Position numbers and translations under genes: made by a program. The notes beneath the pieces are model-generated. The model was not told the origin of the DNA. It searched no databases and saw only the letters and a program-made list of their open reading frames with translations. A stretch of 64,000 nucleotides of DNA from NCBI RefSeq assembly GCF_006345805.1, contig NC_043015.1, positions 7,936,001-8,000,000 of the forward strand, in the 5' to 3' direction. This document shows, in pieces, positions 25,411 through 39,530 of this stretch. The stretch is from Octopus sinensis. Taxonomy: Eukaryota. How positions within the stretch are numbered: position 1 is the stretch's first letter; each line of letters starts with the position of its first letter.

Positions 25411-26713
25411 CATCCACATCTGCGCCTACACATATCGCATTCACTGCATCATGTGATATAGTCGGTGTCAAAAATACTTCCATGTCAATCATTGGAGGGA
25501 AATATTTGAAGTTATCCATATTACTATACTAATGTTATAAATTTATTATATCTCAACGGATATATCAACGTATATGCGTGCATGAATTTCCCCATTATTA
25601 AGTAATAATCATATTGCATTATTGAAACTGTAGATTGGGAAGAAATTAGTAAAGTTAGCAAAGTAGAATAAGCTTGCCAAGATGACGTTTAATTAGCAGT
25701 CATTTCGTATCTTTCCTTTTATCGAGAATGTTTCATAAATGGGTTTCTTGCCAAAATTATATAGATGTGTATGGTAGACAGTATAGACTTTGATGTATAA
25801 CATTCGTATGAATTTCGTTATAAGTTTAAGAAGCATTGCTTCATTCAAAGCTATTTTAGACACCAAAATACATTCTAAAAGTCAGGCGAGCCACACTAAG
25901 CCGTGAAAAGTATTAAATAATATGTAGTTTACTTTTCGTTATGGTTATATATATTAAGGGTGAAATTTGCTCTCCACTTCAACTGTGCAAGCTCTGAAGC
26001 AAAAGTTAAGTCGAGCAGAAACCTTATAATGTTTAGATATAACCTGAAGTTCGTACGTTCCGCTCATACCGGTGCAGTAGGTTAAACACGCCAGCAAACC
26101 CTAGGTCAAAAACTAACATATGCCATTAAGTTAAACACATATCATTAAATACTGGAAACTATGTTGACCTTCCTTCTACCGATGCTGCTACCCAGCCTTC
26201 AGGTGATATATAATAATGAACTGAATCCACTATTTCAGTATATAAATGCCCAACTATGTGTAATTTTGTATAGATGTTCGTATGTCTATGTGTGTTTTAA
26301 ATGCATTATCACGATTTACTTTCATATTCATTATAATTCAAAAGCGCATTCTGTCATCGTCATACCTAATGCATATGTACTTGATAACTTTGAATGAGAA
26401 CTTTTCAAATTTCCAACGCTAATTTCCATAGTGAATATAAAATTTCTAAAGATTTTCATTTCAATGCGTCTTTGATTAGTATTATATAATACAAATGGTC
26501 GACCATCTTAAAAGAGGCATTATTTACAAACGATTGCTTCCGGTTATTAGAATTTTAACATTGGCAGAGACGAATGCTTTACCGCAGTAAGTTTTCCCAA
26601 CAAACTGTAATTATTGCAAGTTTTGCGTGGTTTCTATGTAAACGATAAGAATATTCAATTCTATTGAATGCAGCACAAATATATATGTGCTTAATACCTA
26701 CGCCTCCCTCTTG

Positions 26714-26831
26714 ATATATATATATATACACATATAATATCTGTGAAATGTAATATATATATATATATTACACATATAATATCTGTGAAATGTATATATA
26801 TATATATATATATACATATAATATCTGTGAA

Positions 26832-26875
<44 letters not shown>

Positions 26876-26890
26876 GATATCTGTGAAATG

Positions 26891-26924
<34 letters not shown>

Positions 26925-26935
26925 ATATCTGTGAA

Positions 26936-26984
<49 letters not shown>

Positions 26985-26996
26985 ATATCTGTGAAA

Positions 26997-27045
<49 letters not shown>

Positions 27046-27340
27046 ATATATGTGAAATGTATATATATATTATATATATATATATATATAATACACATAT
27101 AATATCTGTGAATGTATATATATATATATATATATAATATATATATATATACACATATAATATCTGTGAAATGTATATATAATATATATAATATATATAC
27201 ACATATAATATCTGTGAAATGTATATATATATATATATATATACACATATAATATCTGTGAATGTATATATATATATATATATATATATAATATCTGTGA
27301 AATGTATATATATATATATTATATATATATATATATATAC
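26714..27340. repeat. Minisatellite of 12 cores (acacatataatatctgtgaaatg) separated by variable (TA)n
   Basis: Cores counted directly; variants include atatgatatc, atatatgtga and ctgtgaatg. Confidence 0.95.
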
Positions 27341-27344
27341 CTAT

Positions 27345-27635
27345 ATACTTGTTGCAAGGCTGTTTGTTTTGTAAAGATAATCATGTGGCCATTCTCTAGA
27401 TAGACTCTCAGATGAATGGTCGCTGGGTGTCTCTCATGAATGGGAAAACTGAAGATGCGCCAAAAAGACTCATTGGTACTGATGTATCTTCCTCTGTCAT
27501 AATGTGCATCCTCATCATTTTTATTTATCTGCTGACTGCAATTCTGCATAAGAATGTAGGTTGCCGCAACTAAACCTTTGTTTAAATATTTGCAACATCC
27601 CTAATAGAGTTTACAGTGTTGCAGGATTGATCTTT
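27345..27635 (-). pseudogene. Helitron Rep/helicase fragment
   Basis: CNTVNSIRDV/CKYLNKG (1-nt frameshift)...[41 protein letters not shown] matches the Helitron motif CNSVKSIKYICKYVNKG...GRYISSNEAVWRIFSFPIHERHP.V.HLAVHLENGQRVYFT. Confidence 0.9.
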
Positions 27636-28944
27636 GACTCTGGCTACCCGTACTCGTCTTTGCTTCACTGTAGAATACTGATCATCTACATCTACATTGA
27701 CTATTCTTGTCAGAATATTGATCTCGGTAACTTCTTCGAGAACTAAAATGAGGATTACATGAAAAAACGAGTTACGTGAATATTTTCACAAGAGTGATGG
27801 AATTAAACGGCGATTGAGGAACGACCCACGCACGCACTCGCGTGCACACACATACATACAGTATCAAATATCAGATGAAATGGATGTGTGTGAGAAAGAG
27901 AAGGTTTGTGAAGTCATGTATATTTATATAAATACATATGCATGCATCTTTTTTGTATATATGTGTGCATGTGAGTGAGAGAGAGAGAGAGAGAGAGAGT
28001 GAGGTGAGTAAGTGCCGCTTACTCTCACACACTCTCTCTCTGCCTCACACACAAACAAACACACGATTACATATAAACAAAAAGATGTATGCATATGTAT
28101 ATATGTACGTACGGATACATGACAACACACCCCTTGACTGACTCTCTCTCACACAAAGACACACACCAAACATACATAAGTGTATACAAACCTACACACA
28201 AAAACACACGTGTGTATGTGTGACTGTGTGTATGAGAAAGAGTTGGAAAGAGAGAACATTGCAAAAATTAAATGAAATAAACGTGGAAAGAAAAAATTGT
28301 ATGAATTAAATCTTGCACCGAATATTTAAATTTGTGAACTTAGAAAGAATTGCTTTCAATAACTTATCGTAGTTGTAGCGAATTAAAACTTGAAATGAAA
28401 ACATTAAACTAGAGAGTGAGAGGTTTTGTAAAATACTTCCTTGTTGCAAAGCCTTAATAAAAAAATAAACTGAAGACCTCACTTATAACATTAATAAGTA
28501 TACCTCAGCGATTTCGTTCATGGTATCAATGGTATGTTAGCAGAGAATTGAATTAAATATTTATAATAAAAAGTGTTAATCTTATGTATATATCTTTGTA
28601 TCATGTAAAACTTCTACCCGTGTTCCGTAGATATCACTATTAAATTTTACTTTTTTAAAGGCAGCTACTAATTCTGTACAAGTCATTACACATTTATTAA
28701 GAGACTGGGAATATATATCTAACAAAAGTATTCAAATACTAGGTTTTAATATAGTTGTAATTATATTCACGAATCAATCAAACTGCTTAAATATGTAATC
28801 TTCATTAAAATAAATTAATATCTCCCTATCGGTTTTGTGTATCATTTAAGAACATTAAAACTACAAATGAATAAATACCGAGTATTTACAGATGCTTAAC
28901 GTAATTATACGAAAAATTGTATGTTTGTATTTTGGGTATTGTCA

Positions 28945-29007
<63 letters not shown>

Positions 29008-29141
29008 ATATATATATATTATATATATATATTATATATAGTATACATATATGCATATATTTATGTATTTCGAGAGAGATATAAAGAAAGAGAGAGTTGT
29101 GTATGCCCGTGGATCTATGTATGTGTCTATCTATCTATCTA

Positions 29142-29238
<97 letters not shown>

Positions 29239-30360
29239 AACACACACATATATATATATGTTATATAGCATACCGTTTCCTCATAGCTTATATATATATT
29301 TGTGCTTTTTCTCTATTGATTTAAGTTATATTAGTTATCTTAAAGATAGCCATAGATCCTCAATAGTGAACAAACAACAAACTTAAAGATGTTTCCATTA
29401 ATACCGGAGGAATTAACGTCGTATATGAAACATAAAACAATATAAAAAATAGCGAATTTACAAAAAAATTCAACACATTAATATGAAACTAATATTTTTA
29501 AAGTCGTTATAAAGGTTGCATCAATAATTTTTTAAAGCAATACAAAAATAGTATTAAACTGTTCCCCGTAGACGAAAATATTGACGAAAAACGAATAAAA
29601 TACTTTATAGTATCTGTGAATAAACAAAGTCTATTGAACAGAATAAAATGTTAATTTCAAGAGAAACGATTTACACAATTCTTCATGAAATACAAGAAAA
29701 AAAAATTCTAATAAAAATAATAATAAAAATGTATCTTAGGCAAAATAGTGAGAAATTTTTAACACACATACAAGGACGTATATTCGTGCGTAAATATAAA
29801 GTGTGTGTGTGTGTGTATTTATGTCTGTGTCGCTGTATGAATTTTAGTATATTTAGGTAAATATTTTTGTGTAGCAGTAGAGATTTTTATATAAGTGAGA
29901 GTTCAAAAAGCACAAAATCATGTGATAGTAAGTCATATAGCAACAATTGGTTACCGTTCAATATTACTGAAATGTTACCCTTTGTAAATTATGTTAATGC
30001 GTATTTGTAACCTAAATAAGCCCATTGTGAAACCTGTCATGAAATGTGCTTTGGAGTACGTTATTCATAGAACAGAATTTGTTGTATTTTGAATACATGG
30101 ATAGCTTGTTGTTGTTTGAAGATCATCCAGAGACCCACGCATGATACCACTTTAGCCTGTACTATTGTATATTGTGATACACCATGTATTATTTATATTT
30201 CTTGATTTTTTTATGTCGTTATTATATATATATATGTATGTCTTTGTTCAGTTATGTTTCAAGATTTCTAACCAATAGAGAAAGAGTTGTTTTCTAATCT
30301 ATATCCAAAGCTTCTTCATTGGAATTTCAACATCAACAGCTGGGTAATTTTGCTTGTGTC

Positions 30361-30674
30361 GTGAAGGCGCGTGGCTTAGTGGTTAGGGCATTCGGCTCAT
30401 GGTCGTAAGGTCGTAAGTTCAATTCTCGGCGGCGCGTGCAAGACACTTTATTTCACGTTGCTCCAGTCCGTTCAGCTGGCAAAATTGAGTAGTACCTGTA
30501 TTTCAAAGGGCCAGCTTTGTCACACTATGTGTCACGCTGAATGTCCCCGAGAACTACGTTAAGGGTACACGTGTTTGTGGAGTGCTCAGCCACTTGCACG
30601 TTAATTCCACGAGCAATCTGTTCCTTTGATCGTATAAGCTGGGACCCTCGTCATCGCAACCGACGGTGTGCTCC
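30361..30674 (+). mobile_element. Full-length tRNA-derived SINE
   Basis: Head as at 7085. Tail from gtacctgtatttcaaagggcc (30492) to cgacggtgtgctcc is shared with 62541-62725. Confidence 0.9.
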
Positions 30675-32516
30675 TATTTGTTTGTGTGTATGTATATGTG
30701 CAAATTCATATGTTTTGCTTTATGTATGTATTCTAGTGCATATACTTGCATATCTAGACAAGCTCATAAGTGCTAAACATGTAGAAACTTTTACAGATTT
30801 TAGAGTCCCAGTGATAGTTTGAAAGTGTAGTCTTCAAGTTAACTTTCTTCTTTCTGATTTTGAGAAGCCTTATTTCTCAACATTGGTATTTAGGCAGCGT
30901 GTTACATAGCCGAGAGCCACAGTAATTACAAATTTAAACCTGACCTTGTAATCTGGATAAAGTAACAGCAGATTTCTCATAGGTATGTATGTATGTACGT
31001 CTTTACGTCCGTCCGTACGTATGTATATATGTATGTATGTATGCATGTATGTATGTATGCATGTATGTATGTATGTCTTACCATATATGCAGGCTATTGG
31101 CTCTATCGCATATGTACTATCCACTGGTATTCTACAACTTTGCTGTTCATAAAACAAAATGAGACGATAACAATCACTATATTGAAATAATTACAGTATG
31201 ATAAATGAAGCCGTTGACGGTGGCTCATCTGTACGCCCGCATTTCATTGACTAATATCGGTGATATTGCTGAAAACGTTTTGCTGCTTCTTTCAGCTTCG
31301 TTATTTGCAGGTAACCACTGACGAATACCTCAGATCAGTCAACTTTAGACCTATATCTCTTTTTAATTATGATATATATTCTAGACGACATTATCTTACT
31401 GCTGTTATATTTCAGTGTTATATTTATGTGTAATGAAAGATGCTTTCTCAAGAGAAATACTGAAGCAAGCTTTGAATAATAGATTTCTGCATAAAATATG
31501 ATGTACAGATTGCTGTTTTGAAATAACACTGATTCCGTTGCTAATAAGATGATTGTATGTGTGTGTGATTGTGTGTGTGTGTGTGTTTGCGTTTAATTAC
31601 ACACTCACGCAGGTGCTTATATACACGGTACTAATGTGCAAGCTTTAAAGAATATTTAAAATATGGTATCTATTGCTCAGAGGTGTCATGAATTCCATCA
31701 CACACTACCCAACAAAATTGGAAATATTATGCCAGCAGCGAAGTCATGTAAATGCTAATCAACGAAGAAAACAATTAATACAATACTAAATCATATCGGT
31801 TGACAATATATGTTTAAATCATTGGAAATTCTCTAAAGTATATAAGCTATATACAGGATATGGAGACATCGAGACAGTTCTGTTATATCCAGGTGAATAA
31901 CTGTAAGTAATAAGTGTTTAAATAAAATCTTATCTATCACTATAAAACTCCTTAGTGTTCTGTAAATATAACACATAAGCAGCCATCATCTGCTCTATTG
32001 TTATAAATAAGCGCTGTTGGTTTTGAACCTATGGCTGCCGTCATGTCACAGATGCATGAGAGAAAGGTGTTTCTAATCAAATGCAGAGTATTTTGAACAA
32101 CTTTGTACATAATACTGTCATACTTCTACAAAAGAATGTACTTTTATATTTGGCTGATATGACTATTTTTTATACCTGATAGACAGAAATAGCAACCACG
32201 TAGACGCCCCAATTTTGCTTCCTATTTCAGTGTACGGAGCATGTATTATATACATTAACACTGGTTATTTTTCTGTTGCTCATACACTCTCGATTCAATA
32301 TATATTCATGCACGTAACGGCCAAATAACAGACAGTGTCTGCTTCAATTTCGGGGGGAAAAAGTGGTGCTCTTAGGACATTGAAATTGTGAATGCCAGCA
32401 GTAAAAAAAAAGCCTATTTTTGGACCTGCACTAGAAATGCAAGGCGAAAGCTATTTCTTCCAGAGAGAAGTAACGTTTTAAGTAATTAGCCAGGTATCTT
32501 AATTATTACGACATAC

Positions 32517-32775
32517 GCCCGTGGCGTAATGGTTAAGAGCGCGATCTCCTAACCCTGAGGTTCTAATTTCGATTCTATGTAGTGAACTGAATAATAATAA
32601 TAATAATAATAACAATAATAACAACATCGAAAAGTACCTTAGGAATGAGACCCAAGGTTCGAAATTTCTCCACGATACCTGATGAAAGCTGGAGAGTATA
32701 TCAGCCGAAACGTTATGTTAACAACAGACAAGATGAGGACAAATATCTGTCAATTGTAAATAATGTAAATAATAA
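32517..32775 (+). mobile_element. tRNA-like head, (AAT)n, then Penelope-like tail with hammerhead motif
   Basis: A-box TGGCGTAATGG (32522-32532), B-box-like TTCGATTC (32568-32575), (AAT)n 32590-32623, CTGATGA-A-AGCTGG-...-TCAGCC-GAAA-CGTT (32679-32714). Confidence 0.7.
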
Positions 32776-35700
32776 ACTTCTGCTTCTTTTATCTGACTGG
32801 TTTAAAAACTATAGCTCGAAGGTGTAATTACTATAATTTTCTTCACTCGACAACTATTTAACACACTATAAGGAAACGATATGACAGATTTTATCAAAAA
32901 TGCTTTTGAATTCGCTAGCGTTAAAATATATCAGGATTTACAAGGTTTCTACGTTTTAAATTTGAATATATCTTATGTGTTTACACTGCATTATATTTGC
33001 TGTCAACATTTGTCAATAGACTGTACCAACTCGTAATCATTTGCATTGTCTTTTCATCGCTAGCTACAAACTATTGTTCTAATTTACTTTTGACAACTTG
33101 ATTTCACAGAAAATATCATCTAGAGTAGTATTTTTCCTTTCAGGAAAAGAAAAGAGGTATGTCAAATACAAAAACGTACTTAGCTAGATTTGAACGTCTT
33201 CAACTATATTTATTAATAGCTGCCTTCAACGCCAGTAACCTAAAAAAAAACCAACTAATTACCTTATGAAATCCGGAGATACTTAACCATACTTTCTAGA
33301 GTAAATGTTTCTGAAGCGAGAGTATGTTCTTGAAGTAAGTGGTTTTACAGCTGTCTACCCTTGCTACTCAATCATGAAGGTGACAGAAATATATACAATA
33401 CTGTTAGATAGGCTTTTACAGTTAATTTATTTCTTTTGTTACTTTTTAAGACTTTGGAACCATTTCAAATATACTAGTTTCATTGCTATGCTAAATAACA
33501 TGAATGTTATATTTTTGTTTTCCAGTGAAAGTTATTTTTATTATAACTCAGTTTCACGTACAAAGAAACCCATGGGTCCGTAGTTAATTTTTGCATCAAA
33601 ATATTAGACCCTTATGCTTCTATGTTATCTTTGATAGAGAAGACTTCGATAGTGAAAGTTCGTGATTTTATGAAGAAAATCATTCAATCGCAAAAACGAA
33701 TAGTTTATCACCAAATTGTTACAGCAGAGGTTACAAATTGGAATTTAGATTAAAGGAAAGATCTATTAAAATCGACTCGAGGGAAAAGAAATTTTGAACG
33801 TGGCGTGAACATCAAGGAATACAATAAAGGTCAAAACGTGATAGTACATGATTCAATTATTTGATTATATCAACTGATCGCTGTTTCCATGAGAATCGGC
33901 ATAAAACATTTCAGGAAACGTATCAACATTTCAAGAATTAAGAGAAATAATATTTTTCAAAAGTAAGTCACATGGGGAAATACTAAGTAATAAATATTGA
34001 ACAGAAGTAAGACCAACGTCCTATCGGTCCCTCTTGGTTTATTGGCCATAACTTTTTCACCATTGGAATGGATTTTGAGAGACTGAAACTGGGTGGAAGT
34101 CCAAACTTTTGTGCATAAATGCATACATACATGCATAATATACATACGCAGGTACACACACAGACGTAATATATTCAGAGAAAGAGAGAAAGAAGGAGGA
34201 AAAGAAGGTGGAGGAGGGAAATAAAAGCAGAGTTCAATAAACTTTGCCAGCGTTGCTCCTATTTTAATTAACCGCTGCTAATTCACTCACTTTTATTATC
34301 AAACAGAACCATTGTTTAGTGAGCTATACGCTAATGGCTAGCCTAAAAATAAGTCTGAGAGTATATTTGATCGCCTAAAACTAGGGAGATTGGAGCACGG
34401 ACACTGTCCTCAACTATTGAAAGCAGATTGTTGAATAACTTTGACACACATGCGCGCCCACTTTTAAACGTTGACATATGTACATATATCCTAATTGATT
34501 TATCTACATTTATAAAATTAACAAATGGTGCATTATTTCGTACCATATAAAAGGTAAAACTTGTGTATAGTTATTCTTAACTGCCGGTGTTAGTGAAGAC
34601 GCCATGTCATGAACAGAGCTAAAAAACAGTTTTGAAGGAAAGAGATAAATCAAAATGTGTGCAAAATGTATGAAATTCACGTGATTATGACGTCAGGTAG
34701 AAAATTAAGATTAGGTTGCGTATGTTGAACAGCAGCTAACAAAAGAGACATATTTCTAGATTTTGTTAGGGTTTTTGACGTCTTGCTAGTATCTTCGTGC
34801 CTGATATAGTTACAGCGATGCCTAGAAATCACTACGCGAAATAAGCAAGTTAAAACATACAAAAATACGAAGTGGAAAAACCAAAATTCTAAACCTGACA
34901 CATGTTGAAAAAAATAAACGAAAAGCAACTTGAAAAATAATATAAAAGGAAAAACAAACAAGAACTGACTGTAGCGGTCGGTCGTTTGAATGTCAGAGCA
35001 AATAGAATACTGCAATTATTTGTGCTGTTTTTCTATATTTTCTTTGTATATTTATTTTCTGGTACTTTAGAAATTTCGTCTGTGTCTTCCCTCGAGGCTA
35101 CTAGTTCACATTCCTTTGGCACTTGCTTCTATTTGTATAGTAGAATTAGCAGTATTTTTGTCTTTATGTTTTTGTTTGAATTCGGATAATGAAGGATGTT
35201 GTTATATAGATAGATGGATGAATAGATACGTATGTATCCTATATGCATACACATAGTTATATATATATGGATGCATATATGTATAAACTTGTTTACAAAA
35301 TATATATGAATGTAAATGAATGTGTGTGTATATTTCGTGTAACTATGTGTATTTGCGGTTGGGGTATATTCGGGAATGCATTTTGTGCATATACATGTGA
35401 CATTGCACACACTGTGTACAAAATTTGAAAATGCATACACAAGTGCACATGCAAATATATCGCAGGCAGTGCGTATATGCGGAGTTAGCGAGCGTGTTAA
35501 GCACAAGGTTTTTTAGAGAGAAACGGGAAGATTAACACAAATATATAGAGACCGAAATAACCTGCGAATGAGTGAGAGAGCTTCATAGATACGCAAACAG
35601 ATAAAAAGAGCGAGATAAAGAGAGTGTGGGAGAGAGAGAGAGAGAGATATTAAAAAAGAGTAAGTTACGAGTAACTTTTTGTGCAAATCTGCGGCGGATG

Positions 35701-36352
35701 CATGTATTTATTTCGTCTTTGCTGTGCTTTAGTTAAATTTCGTTTGACTAGTTTTACTCACATCTCGTTAATGAAGTTGGCAATCTGCCCAATAGGCCGT
35801 TGACATGGAACGACGATATTAGCAAAGCAACTCTCAGAAAGCAAATTCTAGCGCTAAATAGTTTTCCTAAATACATTACCGTATCAAATGCCTGTTTGTC
35901 TATCTCGCCAAAATGGTAGAAAAAAAAGAGAAAATATAAGGAAAAATAAATTTTGTTGTATAATCATGATCTATATCTCTATCTGTATCAACATTTTTCT
36001 TTTACTGCTAATACGATCGTACGTATGTGTGTGCGTATCCGTGTTCACTCCCGTGTGTATGTATCTGAATATTCGTGTATGTATCTGTGTGAATATTCGC
36101 GTTGTTTGACTTTCTATGCATGTCTTGAACCATTAGTGAAAAGTTAGTTTATGCTTAGAGTGTCTTATGCTAGAGTGTCGGCTGGTTGTCCATGAATATA
36201 ATTCTTGCATCTACAACAGAATTTCTGACAAGCTATCTATATATATCAATAATTAATAATATCAGGGTAATGAAGATTTTAGAAATGTTTACTACCAGTG
36301 GGCTAGCGTGTAGAAATATTAGTCAACAGACTATATATCATTCATATAAATC

Positions 36353-36631
36353 CAGTGTACATTTAAGCACATAAGAGGTATCCATAAGAGGGTTCCTTTC
36401 CCACTAGAAGGAACAGTTAAAGTCCAAACCACTATTAGAGTTAAAAATTCGAAGGGAATGAATTTGCTAAAAAAAAGTCTGAAACCATGGTCCAGGAGAT
36501 AGATGTTAAATGGTTTTATTTTTCATTCCCTTTGAATTTTTATCCCTAATAGTGGTTAGGACATTAGCTGTTACTTCCAGCGTGAAAGGAATCCTGTGAT
36601 GGATACCTCTTATGTGTTTAAATGTACACTG
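36353..36631. mobile_element. MITE with 109-bp TIRs, Tc1/mariner-like ends (CAGTG...CACTG|TA)
   Basis: 36353-36461 versus reverse complement of 36523-36631: ungapped, 14 mismatches by eye. TA follows the right end; the left flank is TC. Confidence 0.85.
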
Positions 36632-36638
36632 TATTTAT

Positions 36639-36695
<57 letters not shown>

Positions 36696-36839
36696 ATGTA
36701 CGGCTATTAATATGTCATAGTGTATGACAATATAATCATACGTACATATTTATATTAGTATGTAGGCATAGGTGCGTGTGTGTGTGAGATGTGCGGGTCG
36801 ATGTGTTTGCGTATGTGCGTGTGTGCGTGTGTGAGGGTG

Positions 36840-37020
36840 CATGTGTCTGTACCGCACCACCGCTTGACAATATGTGATGCTGTGTTTACGTACCCGGAAG
36901 TGGGTGGCTGTGCAGAAGCGGGCGATAGGATATGTAACAGACTTAGAAATAAATAAACATTAGAGCTGAGTTGCTTGACTAAAGGTGTATCCCAGCAAAG
37001 CCGCAGTCCAATGACAGAAG
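36840..37020 (+). mobile_element. Old SINE tail (ggcgcaggagtggct family)
   Basis: ccgcttgacaa...gatgctgtgtttacgt...ttgactaaaggtg...gccgcagtccaatgac. Confidence 0.65.
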
Positions 37021-37883
37021 CTAGAAGATTAAGTATTTATCTATAGATGTGTGTATGTGTATGTATGTATGAGCGTACCAGCAAATTTGTATAATTAAAC
37101 ATTTATATATACATATATATATATACATATATATACACATACATACATACACACACGCAAACACACATATATACCAATGATGAATGCATATTTGTGTGTA
37201 TAAATATATATATATATACATTATATATACTACTAATAATAACATGAATGGTATTTTCTGTTGAAATGCAGGAAAGCAAAGTAGCATAAGATATGAAATT
37301 AATAAAATCTCAAAGCCTTTGTGAATAAATCTCAGCTATTTTCCTGAGGCAACTTGAAAGATAGTACAGTAAGCCTATATGTGTTCTGCTTTAATTACAG
37401 AGTTTTGATTTTAAAAATTGCAAAATTTCTTTTACGCACCAGGCGGCGCCACATTTACTCATGTATTTACATAAGTAAAATTGTATATTAGTTTTTAGGT
37501 ATAAAAGTATTACATGTGGTTCTGTATGCATAAAGTGCTCCTGAACCACTGTTTAGATAAAATAGGTTTTCTATATCCAGTACATTTGAAAACAAATATA
37601 ATCACTTCAATATATTTCTGTTAGATTTTACTGTTCATGGGGTACAATTAGTGAATAAAAATGGCGATTGTAGAGGCAATGACTTAAACGAAAATTACGT
37701 ACATAAAGGAGAACATTTCCCTTAAAACGGGGAACATGTATTTTAAACAAAGCATATATAAATATGGTTCATGGTTTTATTGCTGGTTGAATATAGCAAC
37801 TATTGACCCATGTGAAGGCGTTTGGCTCAGAGGTTTATTTTACGTTCTCTTGACTGTAGAGATGAGTTGCGATGTCCTGGTAT

Positions 37884-38020
37884 TAAGCTGTATCGGCCAT
37901 TGCCTTTGCCTTTCCCTTAGATAATTTTGGTGGCGTGGAGAGGGGAGACTTGCTATGCATGGATGATTGCTGGTCTTCTATAAACAACCTTGCCCGGGAT
38001 CGTGCCTCGCATAACTTTCT
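37884..38020 (+). mobile_element. SINE tail fragment of the 24739-type family
   Basis: gcctttcccttagataa..ttggtggcgtggagaggggag resembles the 24739-24991 tail. Confidence 0.5.
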
Positions 38021-38102
38021 TGGTTAGATCACACAGTCGTTCTTGACCGAATCAGTTTTTTACTCGTTTTCACCATAGCAACCAAACACACAACACACAC
38101 AC

Positions 38103-38152
<50 letters not shown>

Positions 38153-38729
38153 ATACGCGTGCACAAGTATTTACTAAAATAATAAGATTGCGTTGTCTTT
38201 ATATTTTTAAATGGTACTAGTTCCTTTTTGCTAAAAATATCCAATTTCTAGATAGCTCTGGTCCAGTTCATTGGCAGATGGACCACAGCTATGGAGACAA
38301 GGAATCAAACTTCCTGCATATATTTCCTGTAAACATTTCACGTTCATATCTTTAATTAACTCCAGGCTGGTTATGTTAGAAGACGTAAGCACAAAATTGG
38401 ATGTATTGCAAGAGATTTGTAATTAATATGTAACATGACAATACCTGCACCTAATAAATATCTTGTAATGATCGTTGATTTAGAAATCATGTAAAAAATT
38501 TTAGCAGTTAAAAACACATTATTATTAATTTTCTAATTCTATTGATATCTCCTTTGTCTCTTTGTGACTGAAGAAATGTAGTACCACATAATGAGAGCAA
38601 GATTGTAAATTAGACAGTTTTCCCAAATATATAACTTTTTTCCTAATTTAGATATCAATGTACCTGAAATTGCATCATACTTCAATCAACGAAATACTGT
38701 CCCCTCCATGTGTATGTATTCTAGCAGAA

Positions 38730-39530
38730 TATGATACCTCCTGCTAGTTCTATATACTAACCTGCGTTATAACCTCTTCGATCTCGAAACGCTATTGCTA
38801 TAGTACAATAAAATGATAAGCTATGTATAATCTTAAAGACCTGAAACTTTGTTCTCCAGCAGAGGTATCTGCGGAGTCAAGCATCCTTGTTCGATGTGTC
38901 CAGATCTAAGAACTTTTAGGTCTTCAGACAAGCAGTTACAGCCGCTAGGAATCTCATTGCCGATTTAAACGAAGCGGTCAACAACTTCGATATTCTCATC
39001 CACAATTGGAGATAAATGCTAGGGAACAAAGTTTCAGGCCTTTAGGATTAGCCATAGCTTACCATTGTAGTCTACCATCGTTATAGCATTTCGAGATTGA
39101 AGAAGCCCACATAGGTTTCGATCGTTGTCTTGATCCAAGAGATTCCAAGCTACGTTAACTCTTTACTACCAGGATGTTTCACAGGATAATGGGTTACCAT
39201 TGGTTGGATTTTATATACAACCAGATCTTCTCCGCAGGAATCAGAATTGATTCAGTCCGGAGCACCAGGACAGACTGTTTAGCCATGTTGCAAGATTTTT
39301 CGAGTTAGAACCTGCCTACTGTATTCTCTTCACTGAAGATCTGGCTGGGTTGGAGGCTCATATTGGTCGAACCACATGGTCACGACAGATAAAGTGGTAT
39401 CTTGCAGAGATGAGAACTGACTAAGACTCTGGGATTCTGTCAGAACGCCAGAAAGGACCCGAGAATATACAGTGAAATGATGAATGCAGCAACGAGCTGC
39501 GATGGTGCACGCCCCAGCATCCAACTTGAC
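38730..39530 (-). pseudogene. Decayed DIRS-like retrotransposon RT/RNaseH
   Basis: Broken minus-strand frames in the expected order: RVL.G.LT..PRV, KELT*LGI (39141-39164), DTSNK(G), LLENKVSGL*, YIELAGGI (38733-38756). Compare DIRS RVLPFGL.TAPRVF, ELTYLGI, DAS..GW, VSGLW, YINKQGGT. Confidence 0.5.

Noticed and set aside
26714-27340. CRISPR-like array (constant core, variable spacers)
   Set aside because: Spacers are only (TA)n, the DNA is eukaryotic, and there are no cas genes.
35762-35850. Minus-strand GTGAGT donor with short open frames
   Set aside because: Weak acceptor and no recognisable product.
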